A stretch of 64,000 nt of DNA, from NCBI GenBank assembly GCA_024225275.1, contig JAAEMS010000279.1:31662-95661 (forward strand). Direction: 5' to 3'. The stretch is from Actinomycetes bacterium. Lineage in GTDB: Bacteria; Actinomycetota; Acidimicrobiia; Acidimicrobiales; JAAEMS01. Under the pieces are notes generated by a model that was given only the letters and a program-made list of their open reading frames with translations, had not been told where the DNA came from and did no database searches. The stretch's first letter is position 1. Each line of letters opens with the position of its first letter. Below are positions 1 to 9,819 of the stretch, in pieces. The position numbers and the translations under genes were made by a program.

Positions 1-323
1 GGAGCGTTGGCGAAGTTGTCGGCCCGGCCGTTGGCGTCGGAGTCGGGCATGCCACTGTCGCGGTAGCCCAGCAGGTGGAGGCGGTCGTAGCCGATGATGC
101 GCACGGCCTCATCGAGCTCCTGGCGTCGCACCTCGGCCAGGTTCTCGCGGATGTGGGGGTGGTCGAGCTCGTCGTTGAGGATGTCACCCTCTTCGCCTCC
201 GGTGCACGTGACCAGGACCGATGAGATGCCCTCAGCGGCGTAGCGGGCCACGGTGGGGGCGCCCTTGGACGCCTCGTCATCGGGATGGGCGTGGATCGAC
301 AGCAGGGTGAGCGGCTCATCCAT
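1..323 (-). CDS. mca: Mycothiol conjugate amidase / PIG-L family deacetylase (runs off the window edge)
   Basis: Manual translation from ATG 323: MDEPLTLLSIHAHPDDEASKGAPTVARY..; HAHPDDE metal motif, later TCTGGEEG and LGYRDSGM. Confidence 0.8.
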   Translation of the reverse strand, partial: MDEPLTLLSIHAHPDDEASKGAPTVARYAAEGISSVLVTCTGGEEGDILNDELDHPHIRENLAEVRRQELDEAVRIIGYDRLHLLGYRDSGMPDSDANGRADNFANA

Positions 324-499
324 GGCTCACCAACCTAGCGACCGATTGGGAGGGAGCGTCGAGTCGGGCTGCGCCCACAACCCTGAGCCCAGACACCAAC
401 AAGCTGCCACCCCCGCTCATGCTCTGCGACGGTCGGCCAGGACCCGGACGCGACAGGGCCCCGGTCCGGGGACCGGGGCCCTGCAACAAATCTGGTTGG

Positions 500-1465
500 C
501 TAGCGGCTCTGCAGAGCTTCGAGGAGGGCCGGCAGGACCTTGTGGACGTCGCCCACGATGCCGAGGTCGGCGATGCCGAAAATCGGGGCCTCGGAGTCCT
601 TGTTGATGGCGATGATGGTCTTCGAGCCCTTCATGCCCACCATGTGCTGGGTGGCGCCCGAGATACCCGCCGCGATGTACACGTCGGGCTTCACGACCTT
701 GCCGGTCTGGCCCACCTGGTAGCTGTAGGGCACCCAACCGGCATCGACGATGGCCCGCGAGGCGCCGGGAGCGGCCCCGAGCCGCTTGGCCAGGTCTTCG
801 ATGAGCTGGAAGCTGTCGGCCTCGCCCATGCCACGACCACCCGACACCACGATGGCGGCGGCGTCGAGCTGGGGTCCTTCGGACTCCTCGACATGGCGGT
901 TGGTGATGGTGGCGCCACCACTGCTGCCCGCGTCGGGGACGGCGAGGTCACTGACGGCAGCCGCGCCGCCACCGGTCTCGGAGGCCTCGAACGACTTGGG
1001 CCGCACCAGCACGATCTTCACGCCGTCGCCGGTGAACTTCGTCTTGACGTTGGTGGAACCACCGAAGACCGGCTCGAGGCCGACCACATCGGAGCCGTCG
1101 AGCTCGATGTCCACCACATTGGTGATGACCGTAGCGCCGACCTTGGCCGACAGGCGACCGGCCACATCGCGGCCGTCGTAGCTGGTGCCAACCATGAAAA
1201 GGTCGGGGCCGTTGCCGGCCTCTACCGCGCCAGCTACCGCACCGGCCACAGGGACACCGCTGAGGGCGCCGCCCAGGTCACCGGTGGCGTGGACGGTGGT
1301 GACACCGTGGGCGCCGAGGGCCCCGGCCATCGCGGCACCGTCGCCGCCCACCACAGCCTCGACAGGTCCGAGGTCGCGGGCTTTGGCGATCATTTCGAGG
1401 GTGAGGCCCGAAGGCTGGCCATCGGCCGTGGCCTCGGCGAATACCCAGATCTTTCCGAGAGTCAT
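500..1465 (-). CDS. etfA: Electron transfer flavoprotein alpha subunit
   Basis: [37 protein letters not shown] motifs. Confidence 0.95.
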   Translation of the reverse strand: MTLGKIWVFAEATADGQPSGLTLEMIAKARDLGPVEAVVGGDGAAMAGALGAHGVTTVHATGDLGGALSGVPVAGAVAGAVEAGNGPDLFMVGTSYDGRDVAGRLSAKVGATVITNVVDIELDGSDVVGLEPVFGGSTNVKTKFTGDGVKIVLVRPKSFEASETGGGAAAVSDLAVPDAGSSGGATITNRHVEESEGPQLDAAAIVVSGGRGMGEADSFQLIEDLAKRLGAAPGASRAIVDAGWVPYSYQVGQTGKVVKPDVYIAAGISGATQHMVGMKGSKTIIAINKDSEAPIFGIADLGIVGDVHKVLPALLEALQSR

Positions 1466-1479
1466 GATGCAGTCCTTTC

Positions 1480-2262
1480 TCAGATGACCTTGAGATTGTC
1501 GAGTAATTCCACGATCTTCTGGAAGCCCTCGCCGTCGTCTTCGATGATCTCGCCGGCCTCGCGGGCTTCGGCTTCTTCGACCAGGACGATCTCCTGGCCG
1601 CCACCGGCCCAGCCGACCGAGCCGGCGTCGATGCCGAGGTCACCACAAGTGACCTCGTCGACTGGCTTCGACTTGGCCGCCATGATCCCTTTGAAGGAGG
1701 GGTAGCGGGGCTCGACCACACCAGCGGTAACCGACACCAGGGCAGGGATGGGACACTCGACCTCGTCGTAGCCGGCCTCGGTCTGGCGCTCGATCTTGAC
1801 CTGGTTGTCGGCCACCTCGATCGACTTGGCGAAGGTCACCGAAGGGAGACCCAACAGTTCGGCGAGCTGCACAGGCACGGTGCCGGTGTAGCCATCACTG
1901 GACTCAGTGGCGGCGAGAACCAGGTCAGGGGTGCCGTTCTTCTGGATGGCGGCCGCCAGCACGCGGGCGGTGCCGAGGGCGTCGGTGCCCTGGAGAGCGG
2001 GGTCGCTCACCAGCACGGCCGATGCGGCGCCCATGGCGAGAGCGGTACGGAGACCGCCAACCTCGCTGTTGGGAGCCATCGACACGAGAGTCACCTCTCC
2101 GCCACCGGCGTTGTCGACCAGCTGCAGCGCCATCTCGACCCCGTACGAGTCGGACTCGTCCAGAATGAGCTTCACATCGCGCTTGAGGGTCTTGGTCTCG
2201 GGATCCAACTCGCCCGGGTCTGCCGGGTCGGGGATCTGCTTCACACAGACTACGACGTTCAT
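1480..2262 (-). CDS. etfB: Electron transfer flavoprotein beta subunit
   Basis: MNVVVCVKQIPD, ALAMGA, EPRYPSFKGIMAAK; directly upstream of etfA. Confidence 0.95.
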   Translation of the reverse strand: MNVVVCVKQIPDPADPGELDPETKTLKRDVKLILDESDSYGVEMALQLVDNAGGGEVTLVSMAPNSEVGGLRTALAMGAASAVLVSDPALQGTDALGTARVLAAAIQKNGTPDLVLAATESSDGYTGTVPVQLAELLGLPSVTFAKSIEVADNQVKIERQTEAGYDEVECPIPALVSVTAGVVEPRYPSFKGIMAAKSKPVDEVTCGDLGIDAGSVGWAGGGQEIVLVEEAEAREAGEIIEDDGEGFQKIVELLDNLKVI

Positions 2263-2348
2263 ATCGAACAGTCTGGGCCGGGCGGGATCGCCTGTCCAAA
2301 TCCTCCCGTGTAACTTGTGGCACTCCCCGGTCCGGCCCGGAGGCCCTC

Positions 2349-3275
2349 CTGAAGCTCCTCCTCATCATCAATGCGTCGGCCTCGTCGGTGAACGCCCGTC
2401 TCGAAGTCGTGATCCAGCAGGCCCTAGGGGCCGAGCACGACGTCGAACTGGCCCACACCAGCCGACGAGGGCACGCCACCCGCCTGGCCCAGGCGGCCGC
2501 TTTCCGCGGGGTGGATGTGGTCGCGGTGTTGGGCGGCGACGGCACCCTCAACGAGGCCGCCAACGGGTTGGCCGGCACCGACACTGCCCTCGCCGCCCTC
2601 CCCGGAGGGTCCACCAATGTGTTCGCCCGCACCCTCGGGCTGCCCAACGACCCCCTCGAGGCCATCACCCCCCTTCTCGAAGCCATGGGTCGGGGCGACA
2701 TCCACCGGGTGGGGCTGGGCCAGGTCGACGGCCGCTACTTCCTGTTCCACCTGGGGCTGGGGTTCGATGCCGCGGTGGTCGACCAGGTCGAGCGGAGGGG
2801 TTCACTGAAACGGTGGATGGGACACCCACTGTTCATCTGGAGCGCCATCACCACCTGGATGCGCCACTACGACCGGTCAGAACCCCGGTTCCGAGTTCGG
2901 TTCACCGACAACACCTCGGTCGACGACGGCTACTTCAGCATCTGCCTCAACACCAACCCCTACACGTTCCTGGGTAACCGTCCCCTCGATCTCGTCCCCG
3001 AGGCCACCCTCGACCGGGGGCTGGCCATGGTCACCATGCGGGCCCTCAACTTGCGGACCTTGGTACCCATCGCCGCCACCGCTCTCATCAACCCCGCCCG
3101 GCTGAGCAAGAGGCGGGGCCTCGACATCCGCACCGACCTCGAAGCGGTGGTCGTCGAGGCCGAACGTCCCCTCCCCTGGCAGGTCGACGGCGACTTCCTG
3201 GGCGAGAGGAGCCGCTTCGTGATCAGCCACCATCCCGAGGCCATGCGTCTCGTATTGCCGTACTCCGCCGCCTGA
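2349..3275 (+). CDS. Diacylglycerol/lipid kinase family protein (probable CTG start at 2349; ORF track starts at 2388)
   Basis: GGDGTLNE, LPGGSTNVFAR, QVDGD motifs; the N-terminal strand KLLLIINASA lies in frame upstream of 2388; GGAGG at 2339-2343. Confidence 0.85.
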   Translation: MKLLLIINASASSVNARLEVVIQQALGAEHDVELAHTSRRGHATRLAQAAAFRGVDVVAVLGGDGTLNEAANGLAGTDTALAALPGGSTNVFARTLGLPNDPLEAITPLLEAMGRGDIHRVGLGQVDGRYFLFHLGLGFDAAVVDQVERRGSLKRWMGHPLFIWSAITTWMRHYDRSEPRFRVRFTDNTSVDDGYFSICLNTNPYTFLGNRPLDLVPEATLDRGLAMVTMRALNLRTLVPIAATALINPARLSKRRGLDIRTDLEAVVVEAERPLPWQVDGDFLGERSRFVISHHPEAMRLVLPYSAA

Positions 3276-3307
3276 CGGCGGACCGCCACACCCCGCGGGT
3301 GGGGCCC

Positions 3308-3994
3308 CTACTGGCTGTCGATGACCTGGCGGGCGATATCGGGGACGTTGGTGATGATGCCGTCGACCCCCAACTCGAGCAGCTCGGCCATACGGTCGGC
3401 GTCATCGACGGTCCACACATGAACCTCGAGGCCCGCCTCGCGAGCCCGCCTCACCAGGGCCCGATCGGTGAGCACGGTGTGGGGGTTCACGGCCCGATGG
3501 CCATGGGCGACCGTGCGCTCGATGATCGAGGCCGGGTCGGAGGGGGCGAACACCAGCCAACCGGTGGGGATGGCCGGGTCGAGGGCTCGAATCCGATCAA
3601 CGGCCCCGATATCGAAGCTGGACACCAATACCCGGTCGTGAAGCTCGTAGGCCGCGATGAGGCCGGCCACCGCTTCCGATACCTGGTGCTCGGCGTCGTA
3701 GTCGGGGTCGTCGGGGGCGTTCTTGATCTCGATATTGATCCCCATGCCTTCGCAGGCCTCGATGGCCTCGAGCAGGCTCGGCACCGCTTCGGGCAGCTCG
3801 GCGGCCGGGGTCTTGCGAATGATCCGCTCGTCGGCCAGCGCAGCATCGTGGTGGACAATCAGGACGTCGTCGGCCGTACGCCGGATATCGAGCTCGACCC
3901 AGTCGGCCCCCATCTCCTGGGCCAGGCGGTAGGCCTCGATCGTGTTCTCAGGAGCATGGGCCGACGCACCCCGGTGGGCAACAACGAGAGTCAT
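3308..3994 (-). CDS. Glycerophosphodiester phosphodiesterase
   Basis: [37 protein letters not shown]; start trimmed to ATG 3994. Confidence 0.9.
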   Translation of the reverse strand: MTLVVAHRGASAHAPENTIEAYRLAQEMGADWVELDIRRTADDVLIVHHDAALADERIIRKTPAAELPEAVPSLLEAIEACEGMGINIEIKNAPDDPDYDAEHQVSEAVAGLIAAYELHDRVLVSSFDIGAVDRIRALDPAIPTGWLVFAPSDPASIIERTVAHGHRAVNPHTVLTDRALVRRAREAGLEVHVWTVDDADRMAELLELGVDGIITNVPDIARQVIDSQ

Positions 3995-4168
3995 GGCCCG
4001 GGATCCTATGAGATAAAGCGGAAGGTGAGGCCCGGTCAGCCGGCTCTTGGCTGACTGCGGCGCTTCACAATAGGAAGCCAATTGGAAACAACCTCTTGTC
4101 GAGCACATATCGCGCGGGTATCGTCAGTGTGTTCCTGGATCGCCCCCCTCAGGGTCGCCTTCCAGGCA

Positions 4169-4184
4169 TGTGAAGCAACTCACG
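4169..4184. promoter_or_regulatory. CRP-like box upstream of whiB1
   Basis: TGTGA-agcaac-TCACG, a 9/10 match to TGTGA-N6-TCACA. Confidence 0.5.
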
Positions 4185-4225
4185 AGCGGCATTCTGCTCG
4201 TTTGCCACTGATCTGTGGAGGTATC

Positions 4226-4537
4226 GTGGCGCTCACATCCGTAGCCGAGCTCGACGGAATTGTCGGGTCTGATGACGATGTACAGAACCTGAGGTGGCGT
4301 AGTAACGCCGCCTGCCGGGACACTGATCCCGACCTGTTCTTTCCCGTGGGCACCACGGGCCCGGCTATCGTCCAGATCGCGGCCGCCAAGGACATCTGCA
4401 CCTCGTGCGATGCCCAGGGTTCCTGCCTGGAGTTTGCCCTGATGACCAATCAGGACTCTGGGGTCTGGGGCGGAACCTCCGAAGAGGAGCGGCGTCAGAT
4501 CCGCCGGGCTCGCAATGCCCGGCGGCGCGTCAGCTGA
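4226..4537 (+). CDS. whiB1: WhiB family Fe-S transcription factor (WhiB1-like)
   Basis: AACRDTDPDLFFPVG..C..C.....C..GVWGGTSEEER; GGAGG before GTG 4226; convergent with pdtaS. Confidence 0.85.
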   Translation: MALTSVAELDGIVGSDDDVQNLRWRSNAACRDTDPDLFFPVGTTGPAIVQIAAAKDICTSCDAQGSCLEFALMTNQDSGVWGGTSEEERRQIRRARNARRRVS

Positions 4538-4593
4538 ACCAGAACGAGGTCCGTCTCCCACCGCTCACCCGATGTGAACCGGCCTGGCTCTGA

Positions 4594-6129
4594 TCAGGAG
4601 GGTGCCGGCTTGGGGCTGTTGGGCCCGTCAGCCAGCTGCTCGGCCGTGTCGGGCGCGAATCGGATTTCCACGGTGCTTCCCGGGCGCGGTTCGACGCCCC
4701 GGCCCCGGTTGAACTCGATCACTCCCCCCAGTTCGGTCTCGACCAGGGTGCGCACGATGGTGAGCCCCAAGCCGCCTCCTCCCTCTTGGTCCTGATCGGG
4801 GCCTCCTTCGGGTACCCCCACTCCGTCGTCGATGACGTGGAGCACGAGTTGGGAGCCCACCCGCGAGATCACCACATCGACCTCACCATCGCTTATCGCC
4901 AGACTGGGGGGAAAGGCATGGTCAACCGCGTTCTGGAGCAACTCGCTCAGGATCACGGCCAGCGATGTGGCCACGGTGGCCGGCAGCAGGCCGGCGTCGC
5001 CCGCCAGGCGGAACCGGACCGGACGGTCTGGCGACACGAGGCCCTCCTCGACCATCCTCACGATCGGGCGGGCGATCTCGAGAAACTCGACCGCCTCATG
5101 GGGGGCATGGGCCAGGGTTTCGTGGACCACCGCGATCGAGCCGATGCGTCGTACCGATTCCTCGATGGCCGCCTTGGCCTCGGGGACCGCCACCCGTCGG
5201 GCCTGAAGCCGCAAGAGCGAGGAGATGGTCTGGAGGTTGTTCTTCACCCGGTGGTGGATCTCGCGGATGGTGGCGTCCTTCGACAGCAGGAGGCGGTCGC
5301 GGCGGCGCACGTCGGAGACGTCGCGCACCAGCAGGAAGCCACCGGCTACCCGATGCCGCTCCACCAGGGGTAGGGCCCGGATACGAGCGGCGCGGTCGAC
5401 CCCTCGAGCGATCTCCTCGTTGACGGGGGTCCCTGACCGGAACGAGCGTCGAAGGAACGCCTCATCGAGACCGAGGTCGCGGAGCCGACGACCCACCAGC
5501 GTGCTGTGGACCCCGATGCGGTGGAGGGCCGACACCGCGTTGGGAGAGGCGTAGGAGATCTGGGAGTCGGCGTCGAGGACGACCACACCGTCACCGACCC
5601 GTGGTTCCTCTTCGACCTCGTCGGGTTCGTCGGGCTCGGGGTAGGGGAAGTCGCCGGCCGCGATCATGCGGGCCAGGCGTTCGGCGATCAGGGCGTAGGT
5701 GCGCTCGAGCTCACCCTCGGATCGGGCGAGGGCCGGGTCGCTCTCGCGGGTGATGACCCCGATGACCTCACCGTCGAACCGAACCGGGATCCCCAGAACT
5801 CGTACCCGCTGGCCGAACTCGTCGATGGTGATCTCGCCTTCGGTGATCTCACCCAGCCGGTAGGCCCGAGCCACGAACGGCCGGGCGGCATCGTCGGTGA
5901 TGTCACCCACCAAGTCCTGGGGGTACATGGTCTGGCCGGTGGCCGGCCGGACCTGGGCCAGGGCGACGAACCGCCGTCCCTCCTCACCGGCGACGGGCAC
6001 GAAGAGCAGGAGATCCGCGAAGGCGAAGTCAGCCAGCAGCCCCCAGCTGGAGATGATGCGCTGGAGGTAGGCGTGAAGGGGCCGCCCGTACCGGGTATGG
6101 GCCCGCAGCAGTTCCGAAGGTGACGCCAT
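4594..6129 (-). CDS. pdtaS: Soluble sensor histidine kinase, PdtaS type (N-terminal sensor, PAS, HisKA_2, HATPase)
   Basis: WGLLADFAFADLLL N-terminus, EIHHRVKNNLQ H-box, ELLQNAVDHAF, DDGVG, GLGL. Confidence 0.88.
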   Translation of the reverse strand: MASPSELLRAHTRYGRPLHAYLQRIISSWGLLADFAFADLLLFVPVAGEEGRRFVALAQVRPATGQTMYPQDLVGDITDDAARPFVARAYRLGEITEGEITIDEFGQRVRVLGIPVRFDGEVIGVITRESDPALARSEGELERTYALIAERLARMIAAGDFPYPEPDEPDEVEEEPRVGDGVVVLDADSQISYASPNAVSALHRIGVHSTLVGRRLRDLGLDEAFLRRSFRSGTPVNEEIARGVDRAARIRALPLVERHRVAGGFLLVRDVSDVRRRDRLLLSKDATIREIHHRVKNNLQTISSLLRLQARRVAVPEAKAAIEESVRRIGSIAVVHETLAHAPHEAVEFLEIARPIVRMVEEGLVSPDRPVRFRLAGDAGLLPATVATSLAVILSELLQNAVDHAFPPSLAISDGEVDVVISRVGSQLVLHVIDDGVGVPEGGPDQDQEGGGGLGLTIVRTLVETELGGVIEFNRGRGVEPRPGSTVEIRFAPDTAEQLADGPNSPKPAPS

Positions 6130-6190
6130 CGCCGCCGACCGTAGTCGGGAACCCCACCCACGAGGTTCAAGCGCGGGGCGGCGGGGTCAA

Positions 6191-6373
6191 TTACCGCTTC
6201 GTGATGAACCAGCTGTTGCAGCTAGGGCAATCGTGGCGAATGGTGCCGTCGACCAGGTCGACGAAATCCACCCGCGACATCGTGCCGCAACTCGGACAGT
6301 TGGTGGGCCGCTGCCAGCGCGGTCGCTCGTCCGTGAGGTCGATGACTCGACGCCTTTTCTTGACTAGGGACAT
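6191..6373 (-). CDS. Small putative zinc-ribbon protein (60 aa)
   Basis: Two CPSC motifs; AGGGAG SD-like site upstream; fills the intergenic gap co-directionally. Confidence 0.6.
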   Translation of the reverse strand: MSLVKKRRRVIDLTDERPRWQRPTNCPSCGTMSRVDFVDLVDGTIRHDCPSCNSWFITKR

Positions 6374-6413
6374 CAGACTCTCCCTTTTCCGTAGATCTAT
6401 GGAAGTAGGGACA

Positions 6414-6463
6414 CCATAGTACCACTCTCCGTGGTAATTACACCACGGAGAGTGGTACTATGG
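6414..6463. terminator. Perfect 22-bp inverted repeat (terminator or regulatory hairpin)
   Basis: ccatagtaccactctccgtggt-aattac-accacggagagtggtactatgg, starting 1 nt after the DUF3107 stop. Confidence 0.6.
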
Positions 6464-6464
6464 C

Positions 6465-6695
6465 TCACCCAAACCCAATGGGCCGATCGTCGGAGGGGCT
6501 ACCGACTTCGACCCAGGCAATGCGGGCCGACGGGATACACACCTCGCGGCCCCGGCGGTCGGTGAGCCAGAGGGTGCCGCCCTCAGAACCGAGAGCATCG
6601 GCGACCTGCTGCTTGATCGCCTCGCGATCGGTCTCGACCGGCAACTCGATCTCGATCTCCTTGGGGCTATGGATCACCCCGATACGAACGTCCAC
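6465..6695 (-). CDS. DUF3107 family protein
   Basis: VDVRIGVIHSPKEIEIE..LWLTDRRGR..IAWVEVG..PIGFG; GGAGG before GTG 6695. Confidence 0.85.
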   Translation of the reverse strand: MDVRIGVIHSPKEIEIELPVETDREAIKQQVADALGSEGGTLWLTDRRGREVCIPSARIAWVEVGSPSDDRPIGFG

Positions 6696-6731
6696 TGTTT
6701 CCTCCGTGTCGTACATGGCCCGGTGGCCACG

Positions 6732-7874
6732 TCAATCGACGACTCTCAGCTCCGAACGGTAGCGGCGCTTGGGCGCCAACTCGACGTCGATCTTTTCGGC
6801 CATGACCGCGAACACCCGTCCGACCTCGGTTTCGGTGTCCGCCCCAACCGGTGATCCGACGTCACCACCGGCCCTGAGCTCAACCACGAGGGGCACCTGG
6901 GCCACCAGGGGAACCTCGAGCCGCTGAGCCAGTTCGGCCCCACCTCCCGAGCCGAAGAGCTCATAGCACTTGCCGTCGTCGCCGGTGAACCACGACATGT
7001 TCTCGATGACACCGCGAACCTCGAGGTTGACCTTCTCAGCCATGAAGGCAGCTCGCTGGGCCACCTTCTGGGCGGCCGGCTGAGGGGTCGTGACGACATA
7101 GACCTCGGCCCGAGGCAGGAAGCCGGCCAGCGAGATCGAGATGTCGCCGGTTCCCGGCGGGAGGTCGACCAGGAGGTAGTCGGGTTCGTCCCAGTAGACG
7201 TCGGTCAGGAACTGCTCGAGGGCCTTGTGGAGCATGGGCCCCCGCCAGATGACAGGTTGATCCTCTTCGGCAAAGAAGCCCATCGAGATGCAGCGCACCC
7301 CATGAGCTTCGGGCGGCACCAGCATCTCGTCGATGACGGTGGGCGGGTGAGTCACCCCCAACATGCGAGGGATCGAGAAACCCCACACGTCGGCGTCGAC
7401 CACCGCGGTGCTCTTGCCCCGGGCGGCCAGGGCAACGCCGAGGTTGGTGGTGATCGACGACTTGCCGACACCGCCCTTGCCCGACGCGATCAGTAGCACA
7501 CGGGTCCTGCTGGCGGGGTCGGCGAAGGGGATGACCCGGCCCTCGGCGTGTCCGTGGGCCGGCTGGGAGCCGGCAGTGGCCCTGGGGTCGCCGTGGAGCA
7601 TCTGACGGACTGCGGCCCGCTCGTCGTCGGTCATGACGGTGAAGGCCAAATCGATGGTGTCGATGCCATCGAGCCCAACGACCGCCTCGGACACCCGGCG
7701 CTGGATCTCGCTGCGCAGGGGGCATCCCTCGATGGTGAGCGCCACCGTCACCGAGACCGATGGTGGGGACACCTCGACCTTCCTGACCATACCCAGATCG
7801 ACGATGCTGCGACGGAGCTCGGGGTCGTGAACGGGCCGGAGGGCCTCGATGACATCGGCTTCGGTGAGGGCCAT
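6732..7874 (-). CDS. mrp: Mrp/ApbC (NBP35) ATPase with N-terminal DUF59 domain
   Basis: DPELRRSIVDLGMV..GCP; SGKGGVGKS, DADVWG, WRGPMLHKAL, DLPPGTGD, ENMS. Confidence 0.9.
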   Translation of the reverse strand: MALTEADVIEALRPVHDPELRRSIVDLGMVRKVEVSPPSVSVTVALTIEGCPLRSEIQRRVSEAVVGLDGIDTIDLAFTVMTDDERAAVRQMLHGDPRATAGSQPAHGHAEGRVIPFADPASRTRVLLIASGKGGVGKSSITTNLGVALAARGKSTAVVDADVWGFSIPRMLGVTHPPTVIDEMLVPPEAHGVRCISMGFFAEEDQPVIWRGPMLHKALEQFLTDVYWDEPDYLLVDLPPGTGDISISLAGFLPRAEVYVVTTPQPAAQKVAQRAAFMAEKVNLEVRGVIENMSWFTGDDGKCYELFGSGGGAELAQRLEVPLVAQVPLVVELRAGGDVGSPVGADTETEVGRVFAVMAEKIDVELAPKRRYRSELRVVD

Positions 7875-7934
7875 GAGTCCGGTGCTCCTAGGGGTTCGCC
7901 TATTTTCTCCTATGCCGATAGGTATAATACCGGC

Positions 7935-8693
7935 GTGGACTCCATGTCCGACCACCCAGCCGGCAGCCCGGCGGGCCTCACCCCCACCGACTTCGCGTCG
8001 GCGGTCACCGCGATCACCACCGCCTTCGGCGATCCCACCCGTCGCGGCATCTTCCTGTTCGCGACAGAGCGGCCCGACGGAGTCACCGCATCCGACGTCG
8101 CCGACCAGTTCGAACTCCACCCCAACGTGGCCCGACACCACCTCGACAAGCTGGCCGGTGGGGGCTACCTCGACATCCGGCTCGAGAAGCGGTCAGGGGC
8201 TGGGCGCCCATCGAAGCATTATCGGGTGGCCTCCGAGGGCATCCATCTCGAGTTCGCCGTCCGCCACGACGACATCCTCGTCACCCTCCTCGGGCGGGCC
8301 CTGGCTCGTCTGGGCTCCGAGACGGCCCAGGAGATCGCCGTCGAGGTAGGCCGCGAGTACGGCAAGACGATGGCCGGCTCCCTGTCTGACGGTGAGGCCC
8401 AGCAGTCGTTCCGCTCGGCCCTTCACTCGGTGGCCGAAGCCCTCTCGGCCCATGGCTTCGCCGCCCACGCCGAACGCAACGGAGACGAGCTCCGCATCGT
8501 CTCCCGTCACTGCCCCTTCGGCGACGCCGCGGTGGAGCACCCAGTGATCTGCGCGGTCGACCGCGGCATGGTCGAGGGCATGCTCGGCACCCTCTACGGC
8601 GAGACCAAGGTCGAGTTGGCGGGCACCGTTTCGGGTGGCGACGACGTGTGTGTCACGTCAGTGTTCGACGAAGCCCTCGTCGCTGAGCTCTGA
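7935..8693 (+). CDS. HTH transcriptional regulator with Cys-containing sensor domain (SufR-like)
   Basis: GDPTRR..LHPNVARHHLDKL..GRPSKHY; HCPF-x-ICAVD..CV; TATAAT at 7923-7928, 6 nt before GTG. Confidence 0.8.
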   Translation: MDSMSDHPAGSPAGLTPTDFASAVTAITTAFGDPTRRGIFLFATERPDGVTASDVADQFELHPNVARHHLDKLAGGGYLDIRLEKRSGAGRPSKHYRVASEGIHLEFAVRHDDILVTLLGRALARLGSETAQEIAVEVGREYGKTMAGSLSDGEAQQSFRSALHSVAEALSAHGFAAHAERNGDELRIVSRHCPFGDAAVEHPVICAVDRGMVEGMLGTLYGETKVELAGTVSGGDDVCVTSVFDEALVAEL

Positions 8694-8700
8694 CGCGGCC

Positions 8701-9804
8701 ATGGTGCGCCACTATCTCGACCACGCCTCCACGAGTCCCCTCCGGGCGGCCGCCCGCGACGCCCTGGTCGAGTGGCTCGATACCGCGCTCGGCGACCCGG
8801 GGCGGGTGCACCACGAGGGCATGACGGCCCGCGCCGCCCTCGAACACGCCCGCGATCAGGTGGCCGCCTTTCTTGGCGCTCGACCGCGCGAGGTGGTCTT
8901 CACCTCAGGAGCCACCGAGTCGATCGTCACCGCGATTCGTGGGGCAGCCTCCCGGGGCCCCCACCAGGTCATCTCGGCCGTCGAACACTCTGGGGTGCGC
9001 GCCGCCGCTGAGGCCACGGGATCGGAAGTGACGGTGGTGCCGGTCGACAGCACCGGCCGGGTCGACCCCGACGAGGTACTGGCCGCAATCACCCCTGACA
9101 CCGCCCTCGTCTCGGTCCAGTACGGCAACCACGAAGTGGGCACCATCCAACCGGTCGAGGCCACAGTGGCCGGCTGTCGCGACCGGGGTGTCCTGATTCA
9201 TGTCGATGCTGCCCAGGCCGCGGGCCGGATCCCGTTGGACCTGGGCTCGCTGGGTGCGGACCTGGTGTCGGTCAGCGGCCACAAGCTCGGCGGGCCGACG
9301 GGCACCGGGGTACTCATGGTGAGACGTGGCCTGCGGATCGACCCCTTGCTGGTGGGCGGTGATCAGGAGCGGGCCCGACGAGCCGGGCTCGAGAACGTTC
9401 CCGCCCTGATGGGCCTGGGCGCGGCAGCCGCTGAGCTCAGCGAGTCCCTGGACCGAGAGAGGGGCGACTCCGTCCGCCTCACCAACCGGTTGCGGGCCGG
9501 CCTCGACGCCATCGACGGGTTGACCCAGTACGGCCACCCCGAGCATCGCCTCCCCCACCTCGTGTGCGTGGGCTTCGCCAAGGTCGAACCCCAGCCGGTG
9601 CTCATGGGCCTCGACCGGGCGGGTATCGCCGCCCACTCGGGCAGTGCCTGTTCATCCGAGGCCCTCGAACCGTCACCCGTGCTCGACGCCATGGGGGTCG
9701 ACGCCATGCGCTCTCTGCGCCTCTCGGTCGGCTGGTCTACCACCGACGCCGACATCGACGCCACCCTCGAGGCCCTGCCCCGGATCCTGCAAGAGCTGGT
9801 TTGA
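8701..9804 (+). CDS. iscS: Cysteine desulfurase (IscS/NifS-like, class V PLP enzyme)
   Basis: YLDHASTSP, FTSGATES, NHEVG, HVDAAQ, SGHKLGGP, SGSACSS. Confidence 0.9.
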   Translation: MVRHYLDHASTSPLRAAARDALVEWLDTALGDPGRVHHEGMTARAALEHARDQVAAFLGARPREVVFTSGATESIVTAIRGAASRGPHQVISAVEHSGVRAAAEATGSEVTVVPVDSTGRVDPDEVLAAITPDTALVSVQYGNHEVGTIQPVEATVAGCRDRGVLIHVDAAQAAGRIPLDLGSLGADLVSVSGHKLGGPTGTGVLMVRRGLRIDPLLVGGDQERARRAGLENVPALMGLGAAAAELSESLDRERGDSVRLTNRLRAGLDAIDGLTQYGHPEHRLPHLVCVGFAKVEPQPVLMGLDRAGIAAHSGSACSSEALEPSPVLDAMGVDAMRSLRLSVGWSTTDADIDATLEALPRILQELV

Positions 9805-9819
9805 TCCCGTCGAGGTCGG

